A DNA stretch of 30,446 nt from a virus (IMGVR_UViG_3300043403_000016:1-30446); one strand, 5' to 3'. Positions 7,133 through 16,813 are shown, counted from the first letter of the stretch. The notes: generated by a model from the sequence alone, not told the origin. Numbers and translations: made by a program.

Positions 7133-10100
7133 TTACCTGCCCCGCCGCGTCAGGCCATAGGCCGATTCGAGAGCCTTGCTCAGATCGCCCGTGCCCCGCA
7201 GGACGCCGTCTGCCGTCGCGCGCTGGGTGGCGCTGATCAGAACCTCGACCGACCCATCCTCGCGCTCTGCAGTCTCGACCTGCACGTTCGGGGCGTTGTT
7301 GTTGATCACCACGTTCATCCGCCCGCCGCCGACAGCCCCTTTGAGGTCCGAGTTGGACAGGTATCTTGCCGCCCCTGTCGCTTCCAGTTCCGGGCCGTTC
7401 TCGCCCACGACACGCAAGCCGCCCGAGTGCATCCCGCCCCCAGCAAAGCCGGGGATTTTCAAGCCGCCACCGCCGCCACCAAAGAGCCCGCCACTACCGC
7501 CCGTTCCGCCGAGAAGCATCAGGATCAGCTTGTTTGCCGCCAGCTTGCCCAGTTCGGCAAGGATGGTGCTGACGAGGTCTTTGAAAGACGCCTTGAGGGC
7601 ATCGTTGAAGTTGCCGATTCCGAACAGGCTGTCCGCAAGGGCTTTGCCCGTCGCTTCGCCGAAACTGCCCGCCGCATCCTTGATCGCGTCGTAGGCTTGC
7701 TTGATTTCCTCTGCCTTTTTGGTCAGTTCATCCTGTGCCAGAAGCGCATTTTCCAGCGCCTCGACTTCCTTGGCCGACAGGGTGATGCCTTCCTCTCGCG
7801 CCGCCTTCAGGAGTTGCGCCATCTTCTCGGCACGCTCTTGGGCCTTGGAGTATTCTTCCATCGCCTCGCTGCCGCCGCGCATGGCTTCGTTCAGCAGGTT
7901 CTGCGCTTCCGAGGCTGCCTTGAGGGTCTCTGCCTGATCCTTACGGAAGGTCTCGGAGCCCCCGCCCCCGCCACCACCACCGCCTGATCCGCCGCCGCTG
8001 CCTGCGCTGGGTGCCGCCGCCCCCGCCCCGAAAACGCCGGGGGTCAAGGGCTTCCCGTCCATCACGACCATGCCGAATTGCGATTCCGCCCGCGCAGCAT
8101 CCGGGCCGGTCAGACCTGTCCTCTCTTTCGTCGCCGCCATGCTTGCCGCCGCCGCTGACGCCAGTGCTGCCAACTGTCCCGCAGGTCCGAGGGCTGCGAT
8201 GAAAGGGCCCGCCACGTTTGCCGACTCCATGGAATTCAAAGTAGCAAGGATGCCGGTCAGGATGATGTCCAGTTCCCCGCCTGCGCCACCGCTCTGCCTG
8301 ATCGCCGCCAGAACGTCCCGAATCTTGGATGCCATTTCGCTGGCGTTATTCGCCGCAAAGGCTTCCCGAAGCGACGCGTGCATCGCCTTCGCTTCATCTG
8401 CGGTCATCCCCATCGACCACGCCATGTCGTCGATGGCGTTCAGGGCCCCCGCGAGGGACTGCTTGACGTTCGCCAGTTGCTGCAGTTGCGCGTTCAACTT
8501 CTGGGCATCGTCTTTCGCCTTGTCTGCCGCCTTGCCCATTTCGGTGATCGCGGCGGCGTTGTCTGCATAGGTCGCTTTCGACTGCGCAATGTCGGCATTG
8601 AGGGTTGCCCACGCCAGACCCTGCTCGCTCGTGAGGTCGATCACCTGACGGGCGCGGGCGATGGCTTCCTCGTCGGAAAGCTGCGACGTCTTGGCGACGT
8701 CCATCCTGTTCTTGGCGAGGTCCATCAGGACGTCGCGCGCCATGTCCGCCTGTTCCGCCTCCCGCGCTGAAATGCTCGTTGCAAGGGCGGCTTGATCGGC
8801 TTGCATGAGGGCCTGCTTTGCGACGAGCAGTTCGGTCTGGGCTTCGATCTGTTGCCGGGTCGACGCAATCGACAAAAGCGCCGCCGCCTCTGCCGCACCA
8901 CCGCTGTCTGTCGCCGCTTGCCCCAACAGCTTGTATCCATCCGCAAGCTGGGTGTTCAGGGTCGCGAGGTTGGTGTTGATGTCATTCACCGCGTCCATGG
9001 ATTCTGCCACATTCGCGGTCGCGTCGACCAGTGAGAGCGTCCGGTCTTTCAGAAGGTAATAGGCGGCAGCCAAGGCCGCGATGATCCCCAGAACGATGCC
9101 GACGGGTCCGGACAGGACGGTCATCGCCACGCCAAGAGCCCCCGACGCTTCGTAGAGCATAATCAGCCCTGCGACGGCTGGGGCGATGGCCGCGCCGATG
9201 GACGCGAGCCCCGCTACAAGCGGTCCTGTGAGGAAGATCGCCCCCAGAACCCCCGCCGCGATGATCACCACGTCCATATTGTCGGCCAGAACCTTCAGGA
9301 GTGCGGTCAGGGCGTTGAACGCCCCCGTGATGATGGTGCTGTTGCCCAGTCCTTCCAAGGCCGCAAACAGGTAGCCCGCCGCCTTAGCCGCGATGTCGAA
9401 CGCCGCCCCTATGGCGCGCGCCGCCGCCTGCACGCCGTCAGCCTGTGCGATGCCGTTCAGCGCATTCAGGACCGTGAAAAAGGCGTTCTTGAACCCGCCG
9501 TCTATCACCGCTTCCTTCAGGAGCAGCATGGAGTTTTCGAGTTCGTTGACCGCTCGACCTGCTGTCTGCGCCGTCTGCGCAAAGCCGCTGAATTCCATCT
9601 GCAACTGGTTTCCGAACGCCCGGACGAAGTCCTCTGCGGACACCTGACCTAGTTCCAGCGCCTTCGACAGTTGCTGGGTGGTCATCCCCATCGACCGGGC
9701 CGCGATCTGGAATGCGCCGGGCAGCCGCTCGCCCAACTGGCCACGCAGTTCTTCGGCCTGCACCGAGCCCTTGGAGATCATCTGCTGGACGGCCATCAGC
9801 GCGCCTTCCAACTCGTATTGCGACAGTCCGTAGGCGGTCGCGGCAGCCGTGATCCCTTCGAAGACGTTCCGGCTTTCCTCAAGGGTGATATTGGTCCCCT
9901 TGGTGGCCGCGAGCAGCTTGGCATAAGCCCCCGCCGCTGTCAGAACGTCCTGCCCCAGCTTGTCGGCAGTCGTCCGGACATAGGCCATTTCCGCCTGCGC
10001 TTCTGCCGCGCTGCCCGTGACCGCCTGAAAGGTCATGTCGATCTTCTGCAGGCTCATCGTGGTGTTCTGCAGGTCGCGGACGACTGCCATGCCGATGAAG

Positions 10101-10381
10101 CCCGCAATCGCTGCCCGCCCTACCTTGTAGGCTTGGCTGACGCGGTCGACGGCGCTCGCTTGCTCTATCGCGGCTTGGGTGGCCTTTTTGGTCTCCGTCG
10201 TCGCCTGCCGCTGCTGATCGGTGTAGCCCTTCGACGAGGACTTGGCGCGCTCAGAGGATTCCGTTGCCTTCTCTGTCGCCTCTTGGACGCCCCCGAGGGC
10301 TTTCTTGAAACCTTCGAGGTCGCCTTTTCCTTTGGCCACCGACGACGTGTCGGCCTGCACGATCAGCGGAATATCAGTCAT
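7133..10381 (-). CDS. tail tape measure protein (1082 aa)
   Basis: Ala-rich helical protein with the tape-measure core QMISKGSVQAEELRGQLGERLPGA, a hydrophobic segment and C-terminal FAGGG...VGENGPE; follows the chaperones. Confidence 0.95.
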   Translation of the reverse strand: MTDIPLIVQADTSSVAKGKGDLEGFKKALGGVQEATEKATESSERAKSSSKGYTDQQRQATTETKKATQAAIEQASAVDRVSQAYKVGRAAIAGFIGMAVVRDLQNTTMSLQKIDMTFQAVTGSAAEAQAEMAYVRTTADKLGQDVLTAAGAYAKLLAATKGTNITLEESRNVFEGITAAATAYGLSQYELEGALMAVQQMISKGSVQAEELRGQLGERLPGAFQIAARSMGMTTQQLSKALELGQVSAEDFVRAFGNQLQMEFSGFAQTAQTAGRAVNELENSMLLLKEAVIDGGFKNAFFTVLNALNGIAQADGVQAAARAIGAAFDIAAKAAGYLFAALEGLGNSTIITGAFNALTALLKVLADNMDVVIIAAGVLGAIFLTGPLVAGLASIGAAIAPAVAGLIMLYEASGALGVAMTVLSGPVGIVLGIIAALAAAYYLLKDRTLSLVDATANVAESMDAVNDINTNLATLNTQLADGYKLLGQAATDSGGAAEAAALLSIASTRQQIEAQTELLVAKQALMQADQAALATSISAREAEQADMARDVLMDLAKNRMDVAKTSQLSDEEAIARARQVIDLTSEQGLAWATLNADIAQSKATYADNAAAITEMGKAADKAKDDAQKLNAQLQQLANVKQSLAGALNAIDDMAWSMGMTADEAKAMHASLREAFAANNASEMASKIRDVLAAIRQSGGAGGELDIILTGILATLNSMESANVAGPFIAALGPAGQLAALASAAAASMAATKERTGLTGPDAARAESQFGMVVMDGKPLTPGVFGAGAAAPSAGSGGGSGGGGGGGGGSETFRKDQAETLKAASEAQNLLNEAMRGGSEAMEEYSKAQERAEKMAQLLKAAREEGITLSAKEVEALENALLAQDELTKKAEEIKQAYDAIKDAAGSFGEATGKALADSLFGIGNFNDALKASFKDLVSTILAELGKLAANKLILMLLGGTGGSGGLFGGGGGGLKIPGFAGGGMHSGGLRVVGENGPELEATGAARYLSNSDLKGAVGGGRMNVVINNNAPNVQVETAEREDGSVEVLISATQRATADGVLRGTGDLSKALESAYGLTRRGR

Positions 10382-10745
10382 TCGCCTTGCGCTCCGTCGT
10401 CATGATGTCCAGCCACCAGCCGTCTATCCTACGAATAACCCGGATTTCGTCTGGCGTCACCAGTTCTCCGGTCAGTTCCCGCCACGCTGCCATGTCGACC
10501 CACGTCATCGGTGAGAGCCCCATCCCGTTGTGCGACCTGCCTTGGTGAATCTCGCTCCAAAGCAGGAACACGCGGTCGAATTCGAAGGGGCAGTCAGGAC
10601 CGATCAGCGCCTTTGGCGTCTTGCCGGTCTGCCGCTCTGCCGCTTCCAGATGCTCCCTCACCGACACACCGTCGGTCACGACGTTCAGTCGGAAGTGGAA
10701 TCGGCAGAAGGCTTCGAAGTCTTCGATTCGTCCGTCTGCAAAAAA
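10374..10745 (-). CDS. tail assembly chaperone, -1 frameshift extension (lambda gpT/GT-like)
   Basis: The -1 frame reads FFADGRIEDF...SVREHLE...GPDCP...SPMTWVDMAAW...IRRID after the slippery site, with no good own start. Confidence 0.75.
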   Translation of the reverse strand, partial: FFADGRIEDFEAFCRFHFRLNVVTDGVSVREHLEAAERQTGKTPKALIGPDCPFEFDRVFLLWSEIHQGRSHNGMGLSPMTWVDMAAWRELTGELVTPDEIRVIRRIDGWWLDIMTTERKAND

Positions 10746-11137
10746 GTGCCGGTGTCTCCGAGGGCCTGATCGATCTGGTCGCGCAGCCAGCGCCAGCCCG
10801 GAGTGGTCATCAGCATGCGCGCGTTCTCTGCGCTCATCTTGAGGGGCTTGCCCTGCACGTCGATGTTCTCCCACGAGTCAATGCAGGCGACGAGCCTGTC
10901 GGTCGCTTCGTTTTCCAGTTCCTCTGCGGTCAGCTTCATCCGCCCGCGTGCGCCGACGGCATTCTGCAGCCGCGCATCGGAAATCCGGCGCTCCATGGCG
11001 CGCATGCGCGGGTGCGACGGCGGGACGATGAACACCCGGCAGGGCTTGTCGTCCGTGCCCAGCGGGCGACCGTTCGAGGGGTGGGTGAGGCGGACGGCTT
11101 TTGCCTCGTCGGCCACCATGAGGTTTGACAGGTCCAT
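10685..11137 (-). CDS. tail assembly chaperone (lambda gpG-like)
   Basis: 150 aa between tube and tape measure; LTHP..G, WENI, ENARML, WLRDQI; GGAG RBS. Confidence 0.85.
   Translation of the reverse strand: MDLSNLMVADEAKAVRLTHPSNGRPLGTDDKPCRVFIVPPSHPRMRAMERRISDARLQNAVGARGRMKLTAEELENEATDRLVACIDSWENIDVQGKPLKMSAENARMLMTTPGWRWLRDQIDQALGDTGTFLQTDESKTSKPSADSTSD
10739..10745 (-). other. -1 programmed ribosomal frameshift slippery heptamer T TTT TTG
   Basis: - strand GGC ACT TTT TTG CAG; X XXY YYZ in register, and the -1 frame is open to 10374. Confidence 0.75.
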
Positions 11138-11151
11138 GCGTGCTACTCCGA

Positions 11152-11183
11152 ATGAAAAGGGGGTGCCTCCCGTGGCACCCCCT
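11152..11183 (-). terminator. rho-independent terminator after the tail tube gene
   Basis: AGGGGGTGCC-ACGGGA-GGCACCCCCT stem-loop followed by TTTCATT on the - strand. Confidence 0.75.
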
Positions 11184-11223
11184 CACCTTAGCTGGCGTTT
11201 AACAGGCGCACAATCTGCCGATT

Positions 11224-12810
11224 TCAGGCCGCGCTGTCCGCCGTTTCCTTGGCGGTCTTGCCTTTGGACGAGGCGCGGGAAACGGCGGGGACGCTCGCCT
11301 GTTCCCCGGCAGGCAGGACGATGCCGGTGTAGTCGGTCTGGATCACCACTTGGCTGCTGTCCGACGCCGGGTCGGTCGGCTGCAGGCCACGAATGTCCAT
11401 CGCAATCGGCAGGCCCGTGGCGACGGCGTCGCCGATGGTGCCGCTGTTGAATTTGCAGCGCGGCAGGCTGATCTGCAGGAAACCCGTCCCGTCTGCGCTG
11501 TCCATCCGCATCGCGACCATGGCTTCCTGCTCCAGATCGAAGCGGTTGTAGGCTTCGAGGCCCGCGTCCGCGTCGAAGAGGATGGTCAGGCTGCCCTGCA
11601 CGGTCTGCTGATTGCCCCAAGTGATCGTCGGGATGATGTTCGATCCGACGACTTCGGAGCCCGCCATGTTGTTGTTGATCGTGATGTCGAACGCCGTCAC
11701 CACCCCGATCTGCCGCCCGCCCACGATGACCGTGCCCGAGACCGCCACGAGGACGCCCTCTGCGCTCACTTCGGTGTAGTCGGGCAGGGCGACCCTGCGG
11801 ACGTTGAAGCTGGTTTCCACGGCGTCCTGAATCGCTTCTGCGACTGTCGCCACCGCCCCCGCCAGCGCCGTGATGTGGCGCGGGTTGTTGTTCTGGGGTG
11901 CCACGCTCATGCCGGTGAAGACCACCATGTCGCCGACGGCGAATCCTTCCGCCGCCCAAGTGCTTTCGCCGACCGACACCGTCCGGGCTGCCGCGTCGAA
12001 CGTCAGCGACGTGAAGTCGGCAGGCGTCTTGACGATCTCGGGGACGCCGTCGATGGACGCCATCGCCACCGGGTCCGCGTCCGTTCCGATCAGGCCGAAG
12101 GTGGCCGTCGCGATGCCGGTAGGAGGCAGGGCGAATGCCGCGCTGTTGAAGCGTGCGCCCCGGTAGGTGATGAAGCGACCGATGTCGGTGAAGGCGCGCT
12201 CGAAGACGAAGCTGCGCAGGATGTTTCCGATTCCGACCTTTTTCCCTGCGACGCGCACCGTCCCGAGGTTCAGGTTGGCCACCGCGAAGGTCAGCCCCTT
12301 TTCGTTCGACAGGACCGCGTCGCGGGGGGCTGCCGCGTTCAGCCCGAGGATGGTGAAGGACTGCCCGTCATAGACCGCATTGCCCGTGCCCGCAAAGCTG
12401 ATGCGGTCGCCAAGCCGAAAGCCGAGAGCGATCCAGCTTGATCCGGGCGGAAGCTGCGCCACGCCGTTCAGGTTGATGCTGACCGCCGTCGCCGCAAGGG
12501 GTGCGGACGCGCCCCGACGCCAGACGCCGCCCATCAGAGCCTCATAGGCGTCGTCGTGGCTGGCAGGGCTGATCTCGGAGACGATGTCGCCCCCGACGCG
12601 CCGGATCCCGTGGCGGCTGTCGCTCACCATGCGGTCGCTGCGGATTTCCTCGCTGTCATAGGCGTCCTTCGTCAGGGCGAGCGTCGTGCTGCGCCGACGA
12701 AAGACCTTGAGGGACGGATTGACGATGGGCTTGCCTGCGCAGACTTCCTCAGCGTAGCCGAGGTCTGCCAAGCTGCCCGACGCCACGATGGGGCTGCACG
12801 TTGCGCTCAT
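11224..12810 (-). CDS. major tail tube protein (~528 aa) with two inserted domains
   Basis: Start at ATG 12810 (MSATCSPIV; ATGA overlap; GGGAG RBS). Motifs SEEIRSDR, VGGDI, SFVFERAFTD, TGIATATFGLIG, ITINNN, QISLPRCKF. Confidence 0.85.
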   Translation of the reverse strand: MSATCSPIVASGSLADLGYAEEVCAGKPIVNPSLKVFRRRSTTLALTKDAYDSEEIRSDRMVSDSRHGIRRVGGDIVSEISPASHDDAYEALMGGVWRRGASAPLAATAVSINLNGVAQLPPGSSWIALGFRLGDRISFAGTGNAVYDGQSFTILGLNAAAPRDAVLSNEKGLTFAVANLNLGTVRVAGKKVGIGNILRSFVFERAFTDIGRFITYRGARFNSAAFALPPTGIATATFGLIGTDADPVAMASIDGVPEIVKTPADFTSLTFDAAARTVSVGESTWAAEGFAVGDMVVFTGMSVAPQNNNPRHITALAGAVATVAEAIQDAVETSFNVRRVALPDYTEVSAEGVLVAVSGTVIVGGRQIGVVTAFDITINNNMAGSEVVGSNIIPTITWGNQQTVQGSLTILFDADAGLEAYNRFDLEQEAMVAMRMDSADGTGFLQISLPRCKFNSGTIGDAVATGLPIAMDIRGLQPTDPASDSSQVVIQTDYTGIVLPAGEQASVPAVSRASSKGKTAKETADSAA

Positions 12811-13226
12811 TGGACTGTCTCCCTGTGAACAAAGCCGGTGATTGTCACCGGAAGCTGTAACCAGTCGGCCTGCGCGATCATAGCCGCAACTTCGGCGTTC
12901 GTCACGCGCCCGAATGCGGCGGCAGGCCCGATGCCTGATCCCGCGAAAAAGTGCCGTCGGATGTTGTCGCCGATGTCGTAAAGGTCGAACAGGGCCTGCT
13001 CTGCCGGAAGGTAAACGTCGACGAGGTAGAGGAAGGTTTCGCGGGTGTTTCCATAGCTGCCGAGCGACACGACTTCGCTCGTGATCGGCTGCAGGCGCTC
13101 TTGGACGTAGGGCTGCCCGCGCTGCCGGGAAAAGGCCACCCCTTGGTAATGCACGACCTGCGGCAGGCCGGGGACCAGCAGCAGGCGGGCGCGCAGGTCG
13201 CTCTGGAGGGCTGAAATCACGCTCAT
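12807..13226 (-). CDS. tail terminator-like protein (139 aa)
   Basis: Start at ATG 13226 (MSVISALQ; ATGA overlap); YLVDVYLP...IRRHF...WLQLPVTI; directly upstream of the tube. Confidence 0.7.
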   Translation of the reverse strand: MSVISALQSDLRARLLLVPGLPQVVHYQGVAFSRQRGQPYVQERLQPITSEVVSLGSYGNTRETFLYLVDVYLPAEQALFDLYDIGDNIRRHFFAGSGIGPAAAFGRVTNAEVAAMIAQADWLQLPVTITGFVHRETVQ

Positions 13227-13639
13227 CCCTTGTAGCCCATCGATCTGGCGTGCTTGGAGAGGTTGTAGCCATACTTCGCGGCGGCTGCCCGAATCCATGC
13301 GACGTTCTGGGGCGAGTGCCCGTCGTATTCCAGCCGGAAAATGTAGGCCGCGCTGTTCGCAATCGACAGAACCTTGCCCGCGCTGGTCAGGAGGGCCTTG
13401 GCAAAGGATGGCGGGGCGACGGAGTTGGGTCCATCGCCCTTGGCGGGCGGGGACGGGTTCGCGCCGGGCATGCCGACCTGTGCCCACCAGCTTGCGCGCG
13501 CAAAGCCGGTGTCGACGGGCGTGCCCTCGACCACGTCGTTCCAGAGGTCGATGTTCGTCGCGACGATCATCTTGTCCAAGTCCTTGCCGATGGCGTCGAT
13601 CTTGGTTGCCCAGTTCGGGTCGAGTTTGGCCGTGATCAT
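13223..13639 (-). CDS. HK97 gp10-like neck/tail-completion protein
   Basis: TPVDTGFARASW and ANSAAYIFRLEY.GHS.Q motifs. Confidence 0.8.
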   Translation of the reverse strand: MITAKLDPNWATKIDAIGKDLDKMIVATNIDLWNDVVEGTPVDTGFARASWWAQVGMPGANPSPPAKGDGPNSVAPPSFAKALLTSAGKVLSIANSAAYIFRLEYDGHSPQNVAWIRAAAAKYGYNLSKHARSMGYKG

Positions 13640-14016
13640 GCGGCTTCCCTCCGGACGCTGCAGTCGTGATAGATCGGCTGCCCGTCGGGGGCTGCGGTCT
13701 TCACGTCGGTGACGGTCCAGCGCCCCTCCCCGGGCCAGTCGATGGCGTCGCCGGGAATGGGGTCCACGGGCAGGCCATTGGCGGGGAGGATCACACGGCG
13801 GTTGTCGCGGTAAAGCTGATCGCCGCCCATGGTGAGGTCGGGCCCCCGATTCAGGAAGACGCCGCTGATCGGGTGCGGCTGCTCGACCACCGTCGCCTTG
13901 GACGTGATCGGGTCGAAGCCCGAGCGGTCGAAACGGACGAGGGTGACCATCGCGCCCGAGCCGAACGACTTCACGAGGCGCTCTGCGGTCGCTCTCATTC
14001 GGTTGTAATCCGGCAC
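13636..14016 (-). CDS. head closure / head-tail joining protein
   Basis: YNRMRATAERLVKSFG...VTLVR...PGDAI...WTV; neck position. Confidence 0.7.
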   Translation of the reverse strand: MPDYNRMRATAERLVKSFGSGAMVTLVRFDRSGFDPITSKATVVEQPHPISGVFLNRGPDLTMGGDQLYRDNRRVILPANGLPVDPIPGDAIDWPGEGRWTVTDVKTAAPDGQPIYHDCSVRREAA

Positions 14017-14033
14017 GCGGTCGCTCCCTTGCC

Positions 14034-14744
14034 TTAGCTGTTCATCATGCGGCGGACGGCTTCGATTTCCTGCATGTTAGGCACGCCTGTCGCGCCCCTG
14101 TTCCCGATGTCGCTCATCCCGATGGAAAAGCTGCGAGGGGCGGGCGTCGCGAAGCGCGGGCCAACAATCGGCGGGCGGTTGGTCATGTAGATGTCTTCGC
14201 GCAGGAGGGGTGCGAGGATGCCGTTGACGGCTGGGAGGCCGAGGTCCGTCATGGCACCCCCGCCCAAGGGTGGAGGTATTGCCGCCTCGCCCTTGGATGC
14301 GTTGCGGAGGGGGTCGAAGTAGGTCACCGAAAGGTCACCCACCTTCTCCGACTGAACCTCTGGCGCGCGGGCTGCCCCGCTGCCGCCGCTGGTCGTGACC
14401 GGCAGGAGCCCATAGGCATCCGCCTTGGCCGCGACGATCTGCGCCAGCTTTACGTCGTTCGGGATCAGGTCATCGGGAACGATGGGGCCCCCGTTGCGGT
14501 AGCGGGCGCGGCTGCGAGGCCACGCCAGCGACTGCTCAAGGGTCGTTCTCGCCCCGCTGAAATAGTAAATCTGCCCGTTCGAGACGTAGAGGGCCCCTTG
14601 GACAAGGTGCCGCTCGCGCTGCTCTACCGGGAGCGTCGACCACAGGTCATCGCCCATGGCCGCGATCCAGCGGTCGGCTTCGACCACCGTGACGAAGCTG
14701 GTGGCGTCCGCGACGCCCTGTCCGGTTTCAATGACCAGCGACAC
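14034..14744 (-). CDS. head-tail adaptor ('DnaT-like' phage protein)
   Basis: GTG start with GGAG RBS; LVIETGQGVADATSFVTV.EAD, QSLAWPR, IPNDVKLAQ, SEKVGDLSVTY. Confidence 0.75.
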   Translation of the reverse strand: MSLVIETGQGVADATSFVTVVEADRWIAAMGDDLWSTLPVEQRERHLVQGALYVSNGQIYYFSGARTTLEQSLAWPRSRARYRNGGPIVPDDLIPNDVKLAQIVAAKADAYGLLPVTTSGGSGAARAPEVQSEKVGDLSVTYFDPLRNASKGEAAIPPPLGGGAMTDLGLPAVNGILAPLLREDIYMTNRPPIVGPRFATPAPRSFSIGMSDIGNRGATGVPNMQEIEAVRRMMNS

Positions 14745-15315
14745 CCGGCTGCACTCCTGCGCTCGTGAGGCGTTTCACCATGTCGGGGACGGTCCCGGTG
14801 ATGGGCAGTTGGTTGCTCATCAGGACGCGCTGCAGGTAGCCCTTGATCGTCTCGCCTTCCTTGCGGGATTTGGCGAAGTCTGCCTTCCACGCGCGGTTGG
14901 TGCCTTCGGTCGGGGCGGTAGCGGCCACAGGGGCTGCCACAGGGGCCGTCAGGGCTGCGATGGGGGCTTGGGTGGGGGCTTCCCCCGCCGACGCCGTCTC
15001 ATCGCTCTCAGGCGCGCTCTCTGGTGCGCTCTCGGGCTCAGGCTGGGGCTCTCCCTCGGGTTCGTCGTCCGTCAGGGGTTCGTCGTCCAGATCGGGTTCG
15101 TCTTCATCCGGGCCGTCGTCAAACTCACCGGCCTGCACCGGGACAAGGCGCTGGACCATCGGCACGAGGACGAGGCGATTGTTGTCGGCCATGCGACGAA
15201 GCACTTTGCCGTCGATGGTGGGGTCGTCGACGACTTCGCCCGTGGCGTAGTCGCGCCCCATGATCTTCACGGGGTAGCGGGTCTTGTAGAGGGTGGTCAT
15301 CTGCGCTTGCTGCAT
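14728..15315 (-). CDS. hypothetical protein with an acidic/Pro-rich linker and a C-terminal SAP/HeH-like motif (195 aa)
   Basis: Start at ATG 15315 with GGGAG RBS; PESA repeats; LQRVLMSNQLPITGTVPDMVKRL. Confidence 0.6.
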   Translation of the reverse strand: MQQAQMTTLYKTRYPVKIMGRDYATGEVVDDPTIDGKVLRRMADNNRLVLVPMVQRLVPVQAGEFDDGPDEDEPDLDDEPLTDDEPEGEPQPEPESAPESAPESDETASAGEAPTQAPIAALTAPVAAPVAATAPTEGTNRAWKADFAKSRKEGETIKGYLQRVLMSNQLPITGTVPDMVKRLTSAGVQPGVAGH

Positions 15316-15329
15316 GGCTGTCTCCCTTT

Positions 15330-15405
15330 GAGGAAAGCCCAGCAGGCATGGCGGCATATGCTTGCTGGGCTTGAATGGGGTCCGGTCGGGCTGGGGGCCC
15401 GACCG
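15330..15405 (-). terminator. two tandem stem-loops after the major capsid gene (terminator/attenuator or mRNA stabiliser)
   Basis: cggtcgggc/gcccgaccg (15383-15405) and aagcccagcaggcat/atgcttgctgggctt (15335-15372, one mismatch); only a short U-run. Confidence 0.55.
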
Positions 15406-15411
15406 TGTCGC

Positions 15412-16437
15412 TTAGGCCGCGATGGCGTCGCGGATGAACAGACCGAGGTCGTCGGACACCTTCTCGTGGGTGAAGGCCAGTTCCAACTCGAAGCGATCCG
15501 ACCGGATGGGGTCCATCCGGAAGGACGACACCCGCTGGCCATACTCGCCCGCGCCCGCATAGCCTGCCCAGACGAAGCTGTAGCCTGCCGACGGGGTCAT
15601 CAGGCCCGGAGTCGGTGCCGCATGGCACAGAAGCGCGCCCTTCGACGATCCGATGAAGCTGTTCGACGCAGCCGCGCCTTCCGGGGCGGTGTTGACGATG
15701 GCCGACATGACTTCGATCCGGTCGATTTCGAACAGCGCGGCCAGAGCCTGCCGGTTCACCATGGCAGGCGCACCGGGCGTCTGGCCATACTTGATCCGGT
15801 CGATGATCGCGTCGTTCTCGGTCAGGGCCGTGTAGGTCTCATGGCCGAGCAGAAGCACGTTCGCCATGATGCCGTTGCGCAGGAGGAATTGATCCTTCCA
15901 GCGTTTCACGTCCTTCACGGGCTCGGAGGCCGCGTCATCCCATTGCAGGAATTGCCCTGCAGCCGGGGTGCCCGAGACGCCCTGCACGCTGTTCGACCAC
16001 GCGCCGGGGGTGAAGTATTTCGCAGCAAACTCGACTTCGCGGCGGATCAGGCCCTTCTGGGTGACCCACATCGTTGCCTCGCGGTCGACGCTGATGGGCT
16101 CATCGGCGTTCGCACGAAGCTGGTCGTCAACGTCGCGATGCACGCCCCAGACCGGGCAGTAGTAGGGCTGCATTTCGATGTTGTAGCCGCCGCCCGCCGT
16201 TTCGGTCGAAGGCGCGCGTTTCTTCATCTCATCCCGATTCCAGTCGCCCGAAGGATAGACGACGTAGAGGTCGGATTGCTTCATCACCGGCACGCGCGGG
16301 AAGATGCGGTCGGAGACAAACTGGGAAGCCGCCTGCATCGCCGCGAGGCTGATGTTGGTCAGGGGGCGGTTGACGTGGACGTCGCTGGGAGTGATCGTCT
16401 TGCGAACCACCCCGGACGCTTGTGCGGTTGAAAGCAT
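15412..16437 (-). CDS. major capsid protein (341 aa, lambda gpE-like family)
   Basis: PSDVHVNRPLTNIS...DRIFPRVPV.KQSD.Y, QWDD..SEP, PSAGYSF.W; follows scaffold and cement genes. Confidence 0.9.
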   Translation of the reverse strand: MLSTAQASGVVRKTITPSDVHVNRPLTNISLAAMQAASQFVSDRIFPRVPVMKQSDLYVVYPSGDWNRDEMKKRAPSTETAGGGYNIEMQPYYCPVWGVHRDVDDQLRANADEPISVDREATMWVTQKGLIRREVEFAAKYFTPGAWSNSVQGVSGTPAAGQFLQWDDAASEPVKDVKRWKDQFLLRNGIMANVLLLGHETYTALTENDAIIDRIKYGQTPGAPAMVNRQALAALFEIDRIEVMSAIVNTAPEGAAASNSFIGSSKGALLCHAAPTPGLMTPSAGYSFVWAGYAGAGEYGQRVSSFRMDPIRSDRFELELAFTHEKVSDDLGLFIRDAIAA

Positions 16438-16451
16438 GTTCTGCGCCCTCC

Positions 16452-16799
16452 TTAGACGGCCAACTGGACTTCGATGATTTCGCCCGCTGCAGCAGCGGAC
16501 ACGATGGCGGTGCCTGCGGTCCCGCCCGGAATGGCTTCACCATTCGCGTTCGGGCCGACGGCGTCACCGATGGCCACGGGCCCACCGGCCCGGACCTTGG
16601 CGATCCCGCTGATCACCACGCCGACGGCATGTCCCGCCTCCAGCGCGTTGATCAGCGTCACACCGATAACCCGGTCTGCGACTGCGGTCGCAAGGTCAGC
16701 GGTGCGAGGGGCCGTGGTCGATGCGCGGACAAACACGAATTGGGCAAGTTCGCTGCCCGCTTCGTAGGATACCGCTTGGATTCCTTCCTGCAGTGCCAT
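16452..16799 (-). CDS. capsid cement/decoration protein (DUF2190-like)
   Basis: Small Gly/Ala/Val-rich beta protein: IGV, GIAKVRAGGPVAIGDAV, AAAAGEIIEV; directly upstream of the capsid gene. Confidence 0.8.
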   Translation of the reverse strand: MALQEGIQAVSYEAGSELAQFVFVRASTTAPRTADLATAVADRVIGVTLINALEAGHAVGVVISGIAKVRAGGPVAIGDAVGPNANGEAIPGGTAGTAIVSAAAAGEIIEVQLAV

Positions 16800-16813
16800 G
16801 TTTCGGCCCTCCC

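Noticed and set aside
12811-13487. N-terminal extensions of the tube (to 13362) and terminator (to 13487) ORFs
   Set aside because: They overlap upstream genes in other frames; coupled starts exist at 12810 and 13226
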